From Octopus vulgaris (lineage: Eukaryota), in assembly GCA_951406725.2 (NCBI GenBank), contig OX597823.1, forward strand, positions 60,078,001 through 60,142,000: 64,000 bases of DNA, written 5' to 3'. Of the stretch, positions 27,117 to 40,254 are shown piece after piece. The translations under genes were made by a program, and so were the position numbers. How positions within the stretch are numbered: the first letter of the stretch is position 1; each line of letters begins with the position of its first letter. Under the pieces are notes generated by a model that was not told the origin of the DNA, did no database searches, and saw nothing but the letters and a program-made list of their open reading frames with translations.

Positions 27117-28386
27117 TTAAGTCATCCCATAAATAATGCGGTTTTTACAATTGCATGAACTGAAAGTCAGAAGGGTATGGGATAAACTACATACATCAAT
27201 TTGCTATAGAAGCAGATAGTAACTTTACCTTTGTCCTTATTCTTAGTTCAAGTTGTGAAGAGTGCAGTTTGTTTTTTAACGCTTATTTTTTTCAAAACTA
27301 TAATGGAAGTGACAATGGAGCATATTCGGCATATTTTGCTTTGTGAGTTCAATAAAGGCAACAACACAACGGAAAGTGTGAGAAATATTACTGCAAGATA
27401 TGGGGATCAGACAATAAGTGTAAGCTTCTGTCAACGGTGCTTCCAGAAATTCTGAGCTGGAAACTACAGCCTAGATGGGACCCATCCTCGAAGATCTGTA
27501 GAGCTCAATGAGGATGTCCTACAAACCCTATTGGAACAAAATCTCATTGTATCTGTTGAAGAACTAGCAGAGAAGCTTGGATTTGGTCATTCGACCATTC
27601 ATGAACACCTGCATGCCATCAGAAAATTAGGTAAATGGGTTCTTCACAAACTTTCCCAGTGTAGCCACACAGAGAGTGAATGTTTGCTCTTCTTTGTTGT
27701 CACGTCTCACAAATGAACCTTTTTTGGACCGAATAGTGACTGGTGATGAGAAATAGGTTCACTATAAAAATGTTAAGTGCTGAAGAGAGTGGGTAAGGAA
27801 AGGAGAAATACCAGCACTCCAGGCTTAAGAAGGTCTTAACCCACATAAGGTGTTGTTATCTGTTTGGTGGAATTTGAAAGGTTTAGTCCACTTTGAACTT
27901 TTAAACCCAAACCAAATGATAACAAAGCAGATCTACTATGAGCAACTTGAGCAGCTTAAGTCAGCACTAGAAGAAAACAACCATCTTTGGTTTCAAGCCA
28001 ATAGATGTTCTTCTATCAAGATAATGCCCAGCCACATACAGCGAGGATAACATTCCAAAGGCTGGAGCAATTTGAATGGGAAACGATGCCCCACCCACCA
28101 TATTCACCAGACATTGCCTCATTTGATTATCATTTATTCCACAGTTTTCAAAATCATATGGATGCAAAGAGTATGAATTCTGTAGACAAGGTCAGAACAG
28201 TATTGGAGGAGTATTTTTCGCCACAGACAAGTGAATTTTGGAAGAGAAGCCTTGCAAATCCACCAGAGAGATGGAAGAGCATTATAGAAAATTAAGGAGA
28301 GTAGATTAAAAAAAGAAATTTCTTTATCTTAATTTTGAAAAATAAAGAAGTATTAAAAAAACTACATTATTTGTGGTATGACCCAA
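27117..28386 (+). mobile_element. Full-length decayed mariner transposon (~1270 bp)
   Basis: TIRs ttaagtcatcccataaataatgcggttttt / aaaaactacattatttgtggtatgacccaa, flanked by TA on both sides. Confidence 0.93.
27303..28295 (+). pseudogene. Mariner DD34D transposase pseudogene
   Basis: Motifs KWVLHKL (WVPHEL-like), IVTGDEK, LLSVWW..KG.VHFELL, QDNAQPH and HPPYSPDIASFDYHLF; 34 residues between the last two Asp; several stops and frameshifts. Confidence 0.93.
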
Positions 28387-28735
28387 TATATATACATATC
28401 ACGTCTTAGCATCCATTTCTACATTTCCACATTTCCATGTTCCATGCTTTCCTCAGTGAAACTAGACCTTTGTTGTTGTAGATATTTCTAGGATCAGATG
28501 TATATCATATTCACCAACCCTTGATATTTCTAATCAAGAGAATATTTTGCCTTGTCTGTAGAACAGTGAGAAATAAAAAAAAAAAGATATGCTTTCATAG
28601 GAAGATTGCAAACAAATGGTATGGTCTGTATGAATTGAGACTTTTTCCTGTCACTCGGTGTGCACATATCTAATCAAGAGGGATACATACATACATACAT
28701 GACATACATGTATACATACATTCATACATACATAA

Positions 28736-28790
<55 letters not shown>

Positions 28791-29732
28791 CAGAGAAAGA
28801 GAGATGGAGGAACAGGACCATTTTGAGACATGTGCAGAAGAGCTTCAGATTTTCCTTGCTTAATGCCATTCTTGACTGGAATGGTCATGGGTGGGGACAC
28901 TGAAGCTGCATCAGCAGTACATCATGAGGTAACCTTGAGAAATCTGATGTATTCTACTTCAACTTTGTATATGCATATATTATACACTCACACACACACG
29001 TATGCATACATACACACAACACACACACATATATATATACACACACACATATATGTGTGTGTATGTTCATATATTTATATACATATATATATATACATAT
29101 GCATATATTTACATATATGTATGTGTATGTACATACTGTACATATATACATATCTTTATATATATGTCTGCATATATTGTCAGTAGTTGGGGTGTGTAAT
29201 GAATCATCAGTGGTCTTTAGATAGATAGATATAAATGTATGTGTGTTTGTATGTTTATATTTATATATACACACACATGTATATATATTTACACATACAT
29301 ATATGTGTGTATATATGCTTTTGCATGGATGGGTGTGTGGAGGTTCTATATTTAGTTCCGGTGAGTGAGCAGCACTCTCTGTTCCTCATTAAATGCAATA
29401 TTAAGAACATTAGGACAGTAGAAAGGTAAAAATCGGCAGAGTGCTGTTAATAGTGTGTCTTATAGAATTTCCTTTTCTTCATTTGTTCTCAAATCTTACC
29501 AGGATGGACTTCATTGTGGAACATTTTGCAATCAATAAGATAAATACAAAGCATGTACTGGGGTTGATTCAGTCGATAGTAAGCCAGCCTTGCAATGTGT
29601 AACCTAATCTCAAAGTAAGAAATAATTATTATGACCTCTAACTTTTAACAAACCTTTGAGTCTTTCATCTCCAGAATATCAAGCTGTCTTTATCAAACAG
29701 TGCATACAAAACTAATATCTTAAACAAAAACC

Positions 29733-30858
29733 TTGTTTTGCAGTCTTAAAATTCATCACTTATATTTGGCATTTTCTATTTACTTTAATGAAATATATTT
29801 GCTGAGGAGCACAAGAAATAATTCAAAAAGCAATAGGTTTTGCTTGTATTTTATTTTGTTAGTTGTTTTTTTTTTTTGTTTGTTTTTTGTTTTTTTGTAT
29901 ATCAACAACTCACTTTTCTGATGTTTGTGGCAAATAAAATGAATGTCATATTGTGTGCTATGTTAATGAAAATAAATTGAGAGATTGATTATGTGCCATG
30001 TTTTTAAGATCTAGGGTACGACAAGTTGAAAGTAAATGAGACCATTCAGGTAAATATTTGTTGTTTGTTTATTATTGAGTCTTGTCAGATCAGAAATGAT
30101 TAAAGCAAATATCTTCAATTCATGTCTGCTACTACCATGCACCAGACTCTCTTCTATTAAAAATTCCAGGTCTCTTGGTGCAAACAAAATTCTCAGCATT
30201 GCAAAGGCCATCGTCTACAATCACTTCATCTCTCATCAATGTTTGACAGTCAATAAATCTCAGATTAGATTTATTTAGAAATAATACTCCTATATAGCTT
30301 TGGTTGTGCCCCAATAACTTTTCTCAATTGGCAATCCCACATTGACCTCTTTGATTGCCATATTGGCTTTTTGCCCTCTCTCAGGCCACCAGGAGATCAA
30401 CTGGTTAAAGAATCTATTTTCTTTGGCTTTCTTTTACCACATCACTACTAATATTTTATCAGTTCTTTGTTATTGTACTGATTGTCAAAGAATCTGCCAA
30501 TATTGTTTTGTTTTTTTTTGCATTTGACTTTATTACTTACTCTAACATTTTTATATCTCATTTCAGAGACAGTCCCCACCCCCACCACACCCCACTCGCC
30601 CACTTTACTCTTGAACCTTTTCAATAATTTGTAAAATCTCAATAAATTTATATTCATTAACATAGCAACAAACAATACGATGTTCATTTTATTTGCCGCA
30701 AATATCAGAAAACTGGGTTGTTGATATACAAAAATAATATGAAATTAAAAAGCTATTGTAAAATGTAAATATATCTCTTGCTTTTAAAGAACAATTAATT
30801 TCAAGTAAATATCAAAATCATTTATTATACGATTGTAAATTAATACTACAAAACAAAT
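29733..30858. mobile_element. Old element bounded by long diverged inverted repeats
   Basis: 29896-29986 is a diverged reverse complement of 30635-30730; weaker similarity extends outward (ttgttttgcagtcttaa / ttaatactacaaaacaa). Confidence 0.6.
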
Positions 30859-31241
30859 GAAAACAATTAATAATTTATAATGAAAATTTTTAATTCAAAT
30901 TAATAATATATTTTATTATAAGTTAATCATATCTAATCCGCTAATATTTATACTGTGTTTTGTTGAAATATTATTTTATGTAGAAACATATCACAGCCAA
31001 ACAATTATTTTTTCTAAAAAAAAAATACGTTGGAAATTCTTCTAAAAATGCTAAATTTTTCATTTTATAATGGAATGTAGTTTCACAGATGTTTTGATTC
31101 AAGAAAGTGGAATCTTAGAAATTTGGTTCAAGCACTGACTGATGGTAGACATGACAGTACAGTTAAAAAGTTTGATTCCCAGTCGTATTATTCTGGATTC
31201 ATCCTATTGTGTAACCTTGCAAGCATCTTCAGTTTTCTTAA

Positions 31242-31461
31242 CCCTTTCGTTACTGAATTTATTTTGAGATGCTCTGTGTTTCTTTCAATTACTTAAAATA
31301 TAACAAAGAATTTAGTTAAATAACTTAGTTATCATTCAGCTAGTGTTAGGAACATAAATTGTGACTAAGGTTTGGTAGAAGATTTTAATTCAAAACTTAT
31401 GAAAATAAGACATTTGAACTCAGAGCCAGAGCCGATTTCAGCCAGGTTGGTAACAAAAGGG
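31242..31461. mobile_element. piggyBac-like MITE (~220 bp)
   Basis: TTAA|ccctttcgttac ... gtaacaaaaggg; second copy at 39428-39649. Confidence 0.8.
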
Positions 31462-31801
31462 TAGGCTCTATGAATTCAACCACAATGACTGATTTTTGTT
31501 TTATGTTCCTGGGTTGAAGAAGCATGTTTGTTTGGAGCCATGTTACTACCACCTTCTCTGGAAAGACAGGTCTACCATTTAGGTATACTTGCCTCTCCTA
31601 GTCTGAGGCATGATGCAAAATAGAAAACAGATCCCCTTCTGTCACATTTGTCAGAGGAGTCTTGTCTCATTCCCTTAGGAATCTGATGCCCTTGGGCCAT
31701 TGGGTGGTGATAGCTGCTGTTTGTTGGACAAATATACATAAATAAATGCATTCTTATATGTGTGTTTTTGTAGCAGGCTGAGTATATGTAGATGGGTAAC
31801 T

Positions 31802-31849
<48 letters not shown>

Positions 31850-32074
31850 CATATATATAAAGAAATAGGAGAGAATCATTTGTGATGATTCTCAGAAATG
31901 AGATGAAAGTACTAAATGAATAGGTGCCCAAAATTGTGACTAACTCCTTTTTCTTAGTATATAAAATCTGTACACCACTTCAAATAATCTAGACATAGCT
32001 ACATACACACATACATGCATACGTATACACCTATATATACATACATATATATATGTGTGTATATATATATATAC

Positions 32075-32137
<63 letters not shown>

Positions 32138-32141
<4 letters not shown>

Positions 32142-32510
32142 GAGGAGAATGAAGAATTTGAACATTCGAACTGTATGTTTATTTTCAGTTAGTTTATTCA
32201 TAATAATTGCCCAACACCTGTTTCGATCACATTAACTGCATATTGTTGTTTATTTATAAGCAGCAATTAATGTGTTATTAGTACGATCTCTTCAGGGTAT
32301 ATAAGAAACATATGCTGGACAATTATTATGAATAAAGTAACTGGAAATAAACATAAAGTTTGAATGTTCAAATTCTTCATTCTCTTCATTATTAATATTA
32401 TACTTTACACTCTAAGTAGTCAATAAATAAGCTGCAACATCAGATGGGAGTTAAAGAAAGTTTACCGAAAAATGCATCATCTGAAGGAATCAATCTTGGC
32501 ATCTAATATA
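32138..32510. mobile_element. Inverted repeat (32138-32224 vs ~32305-32392) with hammerhead, after (GATA)n
   Basis: aatgaagaatttgaacattc...tttattcataataattg is mirrored by caattattatgaataaa...gaatgttcaaattcttcatt. Confidence 0.75.
32209..32298 (-). ncRNA. Type I hammerhead with extended stem II
   Basis: Reverse complement reads acc CTGAAGA gatc...acattaattgc...gcagttaatgt gatc GAAA CAGGTG TT ggg; stem I is only ~2 bp. Confidence 0.55.
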
Positions 32511-33251
32511 GAGAGATTTTATATCTACCTGAATATTATGTGCCTCCTCTTACTCTGTGTGTGTGTGTGCATGCGTGAATGCATGTGTGTGTGTTCTTGA
32601 TAAACAAGTTGGCTCATTACTACATCACAGTTTTTATAGGAGAGTATTGTAGTTCGCTGCACAGCCCATTCAGTCACAACATCTTGTAACTCATTGATGA
32701 ATAACTGTTTTATTAAATTACAATATATTTTTATTATTACAAAAATATTGATTAAAACAATAATTCTTTAATTTTGGATACTGAATTAAAATGTCTTCGC
32801 TAACTGGAAATCTTGTAAAATTTTAATGAGGTGTTATAAGTTATATTTACTATTGAACCTTCTAGAAAACTTTCAGACTCAACCTCTATCATATCTAGAA
32901 CTTTGTTCAGCTTTAAGACATAATTTATATTTTCATTAGTCGAGTCTATAATTATGTTATCTCCAAATATAATTATCTTCCACCCATTCTCTTCTTACTA
33001 GATTTGAAATAAATTTCCCATCAGTACTTTACACAACTGCTTACATATAAAAATATGCAGCTCTTACTGTGGTTTGTTCTCCTCCCTAAACAGACCATGC
33101 TGGTTTTAAAGTCCTCTCCTCACCTCTCTCTCCCTCTCTCCCTCTCTCTTGGCAACTACAATTTCTAGAAATATCTGCCAAATCTTCTGCAAACTATACC
33201 ATATAGTTTTTTAGAAAGCAGTAATGCAGTAATACCTCACCATATCATGGT

Positions 33252-33444
33252 TCACCTGTTTCCATCATTTGACTGTGGCCATGCTGGAGCACCACCTTTA
33301 GTCGAGCAAATCGATCCCAAGACTTATTCTTTGTAAGCCTAGTACTTATTCTATCAGTCTCTTTTGCGAAATCGCTAAGTGACGGGGACGTAAACACACC
33401 AGCATCGGTTGTCAAGCGATGTTGGTGGAACAAACCCAGACACA

Positions 33445-33481
<37 letters not shown>

Positions 33482-33535
33482 TTATATATATATACATATG
33501 ACGGGCTTCTTTTAGTTTCCGTCTACCAAATCCAC
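33252..33535 (-). mobile_element. SINE family A, 5'-truncated
   Basis: High similarity to the reverse complement of 62925-63165. Confidence 0.88.
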
Positions 33536-34214
33536 TAAGCTTATGGTGATTCCTCCATGGTGTTGTTTTGCATTTATTATAAAATAAATATATACAAATT
33601 ATAAAAATAATTTAAAAAATACACAGTACAGTACTGTTTCTCCTTCAAATATTTTTGCCTATCGTGAGAGGACTTGGAACATAACACCCATGATAGCTGA
33701 AGGATTACTGCAATCCTTTCTCTAAGTATTGTTTCCAGTATTGCAGAGACTCATTGGGCTCCATTTAATTTCGCTGAGTAGGAGTCAGAATTGGTGTCTA
33801 GTTTCAATGTCGATTATGGAGTGGTTGGTTATGCATTGTTATATATGGCTGAAAATGTGAACATTTTGTTGATGAGATTTTCATGTGGTGTTTTGTTCCT
33901 TGGTGAAGGGCATCTAATTGTTTCTGAAGGATTATCTATATCATTAGCAGTTGCATTGTTGAGGGTTTTACTTACTTGGGTTCATGTAAGTTATCCACGA
34001 TTGTGGGATGGAGGTGGGGAAGTCAATTACATTGACCCCCAAAGTGCTTATCTTATCAGCTTTGAAGGATAAAAGGCAAGGTGAACCTTACTAGAATTTG
34101 AACTCAGAATGTAAATCTAGAAGAAATAGCATTAAGTACTTTGTCTAACGCACTAATGAGTCTGCCAGCCCATCACCTTTGGGAACATTAGATAATGCAA
34201 TGTCACAAATACTA

Positions 34215-34448
34215 TTCTTTTATCCTTTTACTTATTTCAGTCGTTTGACTGTGGCCATGCTGGAGCACTACCATAAAGGGTTTTTTAGTCAAAGAAATCG
34301 ATCCCAGGACTTATTCTTTGTAAGTCTGGCAGTTATTCTATCAGACACTTTTGCCAAGCTGCTAACTTATGAGGATGTAAACACACCGACAACAGTTATC
34401 AAGCAATGGTTGAAGGACAAACACAAACACACACACACACACACACAT

Positions 34449-34482
<34 letters not shown>

Positions 34483-34983
34483 GTATATATACATGTATAT
34501 GTGAAGGTGCATGGCTTAGTGGTTAAAGTGTTGCACTCATGACTGCAAGACTGTGGGTTCGATTCCCAGATCGAGCATTGTGTTGTGTTTATGAGCAAAG
34601 TACTTCATTTCACGTTGCTCTGCAATCATTTCAAAATCTGACATGGGGCACCTGTTGCACCTGTTGCACCTGTACAGGTAATGTCAATCTGATGAAGGAA
34701 GTGAGCTTCTGTCGATACAAACATTTAATCAGTATGAAAAAATCATCTGTGTGGGTGTTTGGTAAGAAATTCTCGAACCCTCATATGTCGTCTAACAATG
34801 GGAGAGTCCATCACACACACACACATATATATATATGCTACAAGCTTCTTTGAGTTTCCATCTACTAAATCCACTCACAAGGCTTTGATCAACCCAGAGC
34901 TAAGGTAGAAGACACTTGCCCCAGGTGCCATACAGTGGAACTGAACTCAGAACTATATAGTTGAGCAGTAAGCTTCTTACCAT
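34215..34983 (-). mobile_element. SINE family A interrupted by a family-C-headed SINE (34503-34810, plus strand)
   Basis: The two family A halves flank gaaggtgcatggcttagtggtt...gggttcgattccc (A and B boxes). Confidence 0.8.
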
Positions 34984-35394
34984 GCAGCTAAACCTGTGCC
35001 TATCAACACAGCTATGCCTGCACTTATACATGAAAAATAAAATGGGCAAGATGAATACGGTGTCTGTGTGGGTACCTTTGGTCATACATAGGTTTGTGCT
35101 CAATCACAGATAACCTGGGGTTAAAACCAAAATGAAAATAACAACAAATGAGATGATGCAGAGAGATTTGATCAGTAAAAGCAAAATGTTCATTTATGGA
35201 TTAATAGTTATGTTTATATGAAAAATAGATTAAGTTTGTTTGAGTAAGATGGTTTCCTTGTTAGAGCGATTTCTTTTACAGAAAGACCAGATAGTTACTG
35301 ATTTAGAACAAGAGATTTAAAACAAAGATATTGTATGATGATTTGTCAGGGAAATAACATTTGCTGAGTGGAATATAATTTGTCTAAGAGAATT

Positions 35395-35803
35395 GTCACT
35401 ATCAACTTCATCATCGTCATCATCAGCAGCAGCAGTAGTATTGTTGTTGTTGTCGTCATAATCATCCTCATCGTTATCATTATCACCACCGTCATCATGC
35501 TCATTCTTCCCCTCCTCCTCCTCCTCTTCCCCTCCTCCTTCTCTTCCTCCTCCTTTTCCTCCTTATCCTCCTCCACCTTTTCATCATCACTATCATCATA
35601 ATCACCATCATCGTTGTCATCATCATCATCATCATCACCAACATCATTAGCATCTAACATCCTCAATTTTGTCATCATTGATGTTGTCATCATCCTCCCT
35701 GTTATCATCATCATCATTGTCATCATCATCATCATCATGGTCGTCGTCGTCGTCGTTGTCATTATCATCATCATCGTCTTTGTCGTTGTCATCATCATCA
35801 ACA
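35395..35803. repeat. Degenerate (CAT)/(CCT)/(CGT) trinucleotide tract
   Basis: Directly visible; source of poly-M/D/E/S ORFs. Confidence 0.9.
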
Positions 35804-36541
35804 TTGACAGACTGCAGTAGCAGACAACCTCAGCCTTCATCTACCCATGGCAGGTGTCATTTTGTGGTCCCATGGTCAAGTGGCTACCCTTAGATATTTT
35901 TTGAATTTGAAACTCTAGATGAGACTTAAACAAAGAACAAAAAAGTGGCAAAACATATATTGCAAAGCATCTCATACAATCCACAAATGATTGTGCCAGA
36001 CTGCAACCATTCACTGCTTCTCTATCTATTAATCCCAAACAGATGAATGGCAAAGTTTAATTCTAGCTGGATTTGAACTCAGAGAACAAAGATCTAGAAT
36101 GAACACTGCTTAGTACTTTATTCAGTACTCTAATGGCTCTTTTAATTCATTCTATTAACTCTTTAGCACTTACATTATCCTGTCAAATGTAATACTTACA
36201 TAAAATCAAATATGACACCCATTCTATGACTTTCTGGAGCAATCTCTTAAACATGCAGATGTCTTTTTATTACAGAACCAATCAAGAAACCAACAAGAAA
36301 AAACTTGACCTTCTAGAAAACGCAGTTAAATCTCCCCCAAAATCAAAATATATTCCAAGAATTGAAAATTTTTTGCTGACATATTTCCACTAAGCTTCAG
36401 TTTATCGAATTTTATTTAGATATATTTGATGAAGGGCATTTTCCAAGTGAACTGGATAATGGAGCAGTACCGGAGCAAACTTCTATCCACACATTGCCAA
36501 GGCTTTATCCCTTTTTTGTTTTTTTATTGGTTCCACTTAAA

Positions 36542-36982
36542 TAGCACCTGTGCCAGTGTCATGAAAAGCACCTGTACTGGGGCCATCTAAAAGGCACCTG
36601 TCCTGGTGCCATGCAAAAACGCACCTGTGCTGGTGTCACATAAAAAAGCACCAATGTTAGGGCAACATAAAAAGCAGTTGTGCTAGTGTCATATAAAATG
36701 CACCTGTGCTAGTGCACCTGTTCCAGTGTCGGGTAAAAAGTACCTGTGCTGTTGTCACATGAAAAGCACCTGTGTTAGTGCCACATAAAAAGTACCTGTA
36801 CCAGTACCATGTAAAAAGCATTCAGTGCGCTCTGTGGAGTGGTTGGTGTTAAGGACATCCAGCCATTGAAACCAAGCCAAAAAACACAGCCTCAGCCTGG
36901 TGCAGCTCTCCAGCTTGCCAGCTATAGCCAAACTGTCCAATCCATGCCAGTATGGAAAACAGACATTAAATGACGATGATAG
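36542..36982 (+). mobile_element. (GAT)-tailed retroposon 3' region with ~11 copies of a ~26-bp minisatellite
   Basis: Units like aaaagcacctgtgctggtgtcacat (36542-36820), then ggagtggttggtgttaagg...catgccagtatggaaaacagacattaaatgacgatgat. Confidence 0.8.
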
Positions 36983-37124
36983 TTGTGTGATGAAGTGTTA
37001 TATTCAGGAAAACAACACATCACCCAGTCCAGAAATTAAACCCACGTTTGCACGATTGTAAGTGCAGCACCTTAACCACTAGACCCACTCACTTGTCCCA
37101 CAAGGTACCAGACAGTGGTATTCA

Positions 37125-37443
37125 ATTCTGTCAGTAACAACGACGAGGGTTCCAGTTGATCCTATTAACAGAACAGACTGCTCATGAAATTAATGTGCAA
37201 GTGGTTGCGCACGCCGCAGACATGCATGCCCTTAATATAGTTCTCAGGAAGATTCAGCATGACACAGAATGTGACAACACTGGCCCTCTGAAATACAGGT
37301 ACTACTCATTTTTGCCAGCTGAGTGGACTGAAGCAATGGGAAATAAAATGCTTTGCTCAAGGACACAATGAACCACTGGGAATTGAACTCATGGCCTTAT
37401 GAATGTGAACTGAATACTCTAACCCTTAAGCCACATGCCTTCA
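37125..37443 (-). mobile_element. SINE family C, full length
   Basis: Colinear with 4641-4944. Confidence 0.82.
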
Positions 37444-37806
37444 CAGATTAAGTCTGCTCCACGAGTAGACTGTGACTATTTGGACTTACTTGTCCTTGTT
37501 CTTGTGGCACTATTTACCCAGGGTAGATTGAGCTGGCTCTGACTAATGAGTCCACTATGTCCCTCATGAATGCTGACCACATCCAAAAGTCGGTCCTAAC
37601 ATTCCAGCAGACAAAGTGATGCTTCTGCCTAAATCCCAAAAATCCAGCTTGCATATTTAACCAATACCCCACTGAGAGAGCAAGTACATCAGAAAGCACA
37701 GATACTGTAACATTAGTCATCGTTCATTGTTGGGGTGCAGAGTTCATGTTTGGAGTTTCAGTAGGGATATAAGTTCACATTTGATCCCTTGTCACATGTA
37801 TACACA

Positions 37807-39071
37807 CTTGTGTGCGCATATATTTTTTTTTACTCTTGCAAAACATATGGGTATGCATGGGCACGCACAAGTGCACAGCTCAGAGGAAACATTGCCTGAG
37901 GTTATGTTTACCATAAAAATATTTGCTCAAGATCTCATGCCATGGAATTGAACTCAGGACTTCATCACTGCAAAGCAAACTTCTTAAACATTTAGCCTTG
38001 CTACCTCTTAATAAATGAATCATTTTATAACACGATCCATAGCAGCTCATCTTACTGTTGATTGTCGACAGTTGCAGAGATTTCGGTGATCAAATCATTG
38101 TCAATTATCAGAGCAAACGTAGCCTGGGTTTGGCAGGATTTGAACTCAAACTCAGAATACAAACCCTAAAAGACTGAAAGATAAATTTTTGTCCTCAATG
38201 GGATTTGAACTTAGCATGCAGAGAGTTGGAACAAATACTGCATGGCTTTCTATCTAATAATCTAATGACTGCCAATTCCCAAAGTTGGTAAGAAAAATAT
38301 AATGTTATGTGGAATATTATTTGTTTAGATGAATATTATTGGAGTCTCAAAACTATTAAATGTTCAGCACAACATAATACAATTCAAACAAAAATGTTCT
38401 TTTTCCTTGTCTAATATTACCCAGAATGCCAAGTTGCGAGAGCTGGAAGCCATTTTGAAAATGTTCAATATTTAAAAGTAATGTAACGATACATAGAAAG
38501 TGAGTTATTGCATTAGACTAATCACAGAATCATGTAGACTTTCTCTGATAATCGTTTCTTTATATATTTACTTTCCTATTATGCAAAAAAAAAAAGGAAA
38601 GAAACTTAGAGTTAAATTCGAGTTTGTGTCTTTTGTTTATTTTGACGAAAATGAACAGTTATCTTATTTTTATATTTTATTGTTGTTTTTTTTAAACCAG
38701 TAATTAATTTAACATAAACTATTGTTGCTGAACTGTGAGATTGTCTTTTATGAATATATTGCTTGTTTTTTGTTGGGTTTTTTTTTGGTTTTTTTAATGA
38801 CACTATCACTTTACTTAGTATATTAGGTTACGGTTGTTATAAAATGATTCATTTATTAAGAGGTAGCAAGGTTAAATGTTTAAGAAGTTTGCTTTGCAGT
38901 GACGAAGTCATGGGTTCAATCCCATGGCATGGAATCTTGAGCAAAATATTTTTATGGTAAACATAACCTCAGGCAATGTTTCCTCTGAGCTCTGCACTTG
39001 TGTGTGCCCATGCATACCTGTATATTTTGCAAGCAGCATGCAAGAGTAAAAAAAATATATGTGCACACAAG
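37807..39071. repeat. Local inverted duplication: 37807-38032 vs 38835-39071
   Basis: About 225-bp arms of high identity (agctcagaggaaacattgcctgaggttatgtttaccataaaaat / atttttatggtaaacataacctcaggcaatgtttcctctgagct). Confidence 0.9.
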
Positions 39072-39427
39072 GTTATCAAGATCAAATAAGATGTTTTTCA
39101 TTGGAGATCTTTACTCTTATGTTTGTGCACATACTCATAGTTTGCAAAGAAAGACGAAATTCTCACTCTACCAAATTTCTGCCACATTCCTAATGCTGAA
39201 AATAAATGGGAACATTAACCACTGTTCAACCATAGCTTCATGAGTAAAATTAGGTGGAAAGGAAATGTAGAAAAGCTAGTTGGCATTCAAAGGTCCACCT
39301 TTCTCTCACTGTATGTATAGCTGACTCAACCTGAGAAATTTTCTTTTCTACTCTAGACACAAGGCCGGAAATTTTGGGGGAGGGGGCTTGTCGATTAGAT
39401 TGACTTCAGTACACAACTGGTACTTAA

Positions 39428-39649
39428 CCCTTCTGTTACCATATTTTTATTGCGCTGCTCAGTGTTTCTTTCAATTAATTTTAAACATAACAAAGAATTT
39501 AGTAAAATAACTTAGTTATCATTAGGCTAGTGTTAGGAACATAAATTGTGACAAAGGTTTGGTGGAAGATTTTAATTCAAAACTTATGAAAACAAGACAC
39601 TTGTACTAAAGAGCCAGAGATGGTTTCAGCTGGGTTGGTATCGAAAGGT
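39428..39649. mobile_element. piggyBac-like MITE inserted in a TTAA of a SINE family B tail
   Basis: TTAA at 39424-39427 and 39650-39653; body matches 31242-31461. Confidence 0.82.
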
Positions 39650-39664
39650 TTAATAGTATTGATT

Positions 39665-39870
39665 TCAAGTTTTGGCACAAGGCCAGCAATTTTGGGGGCG
39701 GGAGTAAGTCAATTGCATCAACCCCAGTGCTTAACTGGTACCTATTTTATTTACCCCAAAAAGATGAAATGCAAATTTGTCCTCAGTGGAATTTGAACTC
39801 AGAACATACAGACAGACAAAATGCCACTAAGCATTTTACCTGGTGTTCTAATGATGCTGCCAACTTGCTG
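39665..39870 (-). mobile_element. SINE family B
   Basis: Reverse complement of 19808-20015. Confidence 0.8.
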
Positions 39871-40134
39871 CTCTGTTGCTGCTAATAATATTAAAATAAA
39901 TTTTACTGCATGTGAAATTTGAACCCAGAACGTAAGAAGGCAAAGCTAAAATTCTTTAATGAAATGAGCCTGATGTTACACTCATTATTTTTGCCAACAT
40001 ATTGTTAAATTTACAGAAATTTCAATGCGTTTCACAGGGATTGATAGTAATATCAATGTAAATGTTTGGCAAAGATCATCATAACAAATCTACCTTATTG
40101 AAAGTTCAGTTATACTGAGTTTTCAATAACGTAC

Positions 40135-40165
<31 letters not shown>

Positions 40166-40179
40166 TGTATGTATGTATG

Positions 40180-40251
<72 letters not shown>

Positions 40252-40254
<3 letters not shown>

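Noticed and set aside
35346-35840. Acidic low-complexity ORF (poly-D/E/M)
   Set aside because: Degenerate trinucleotide tract open in several frames; no splice or domain evidence.
36542-36820. CRISPR-like periodic array
   Set aside because: Head-to-tail minisatellite without unique spacers, no cas genes, eukaryotic context.
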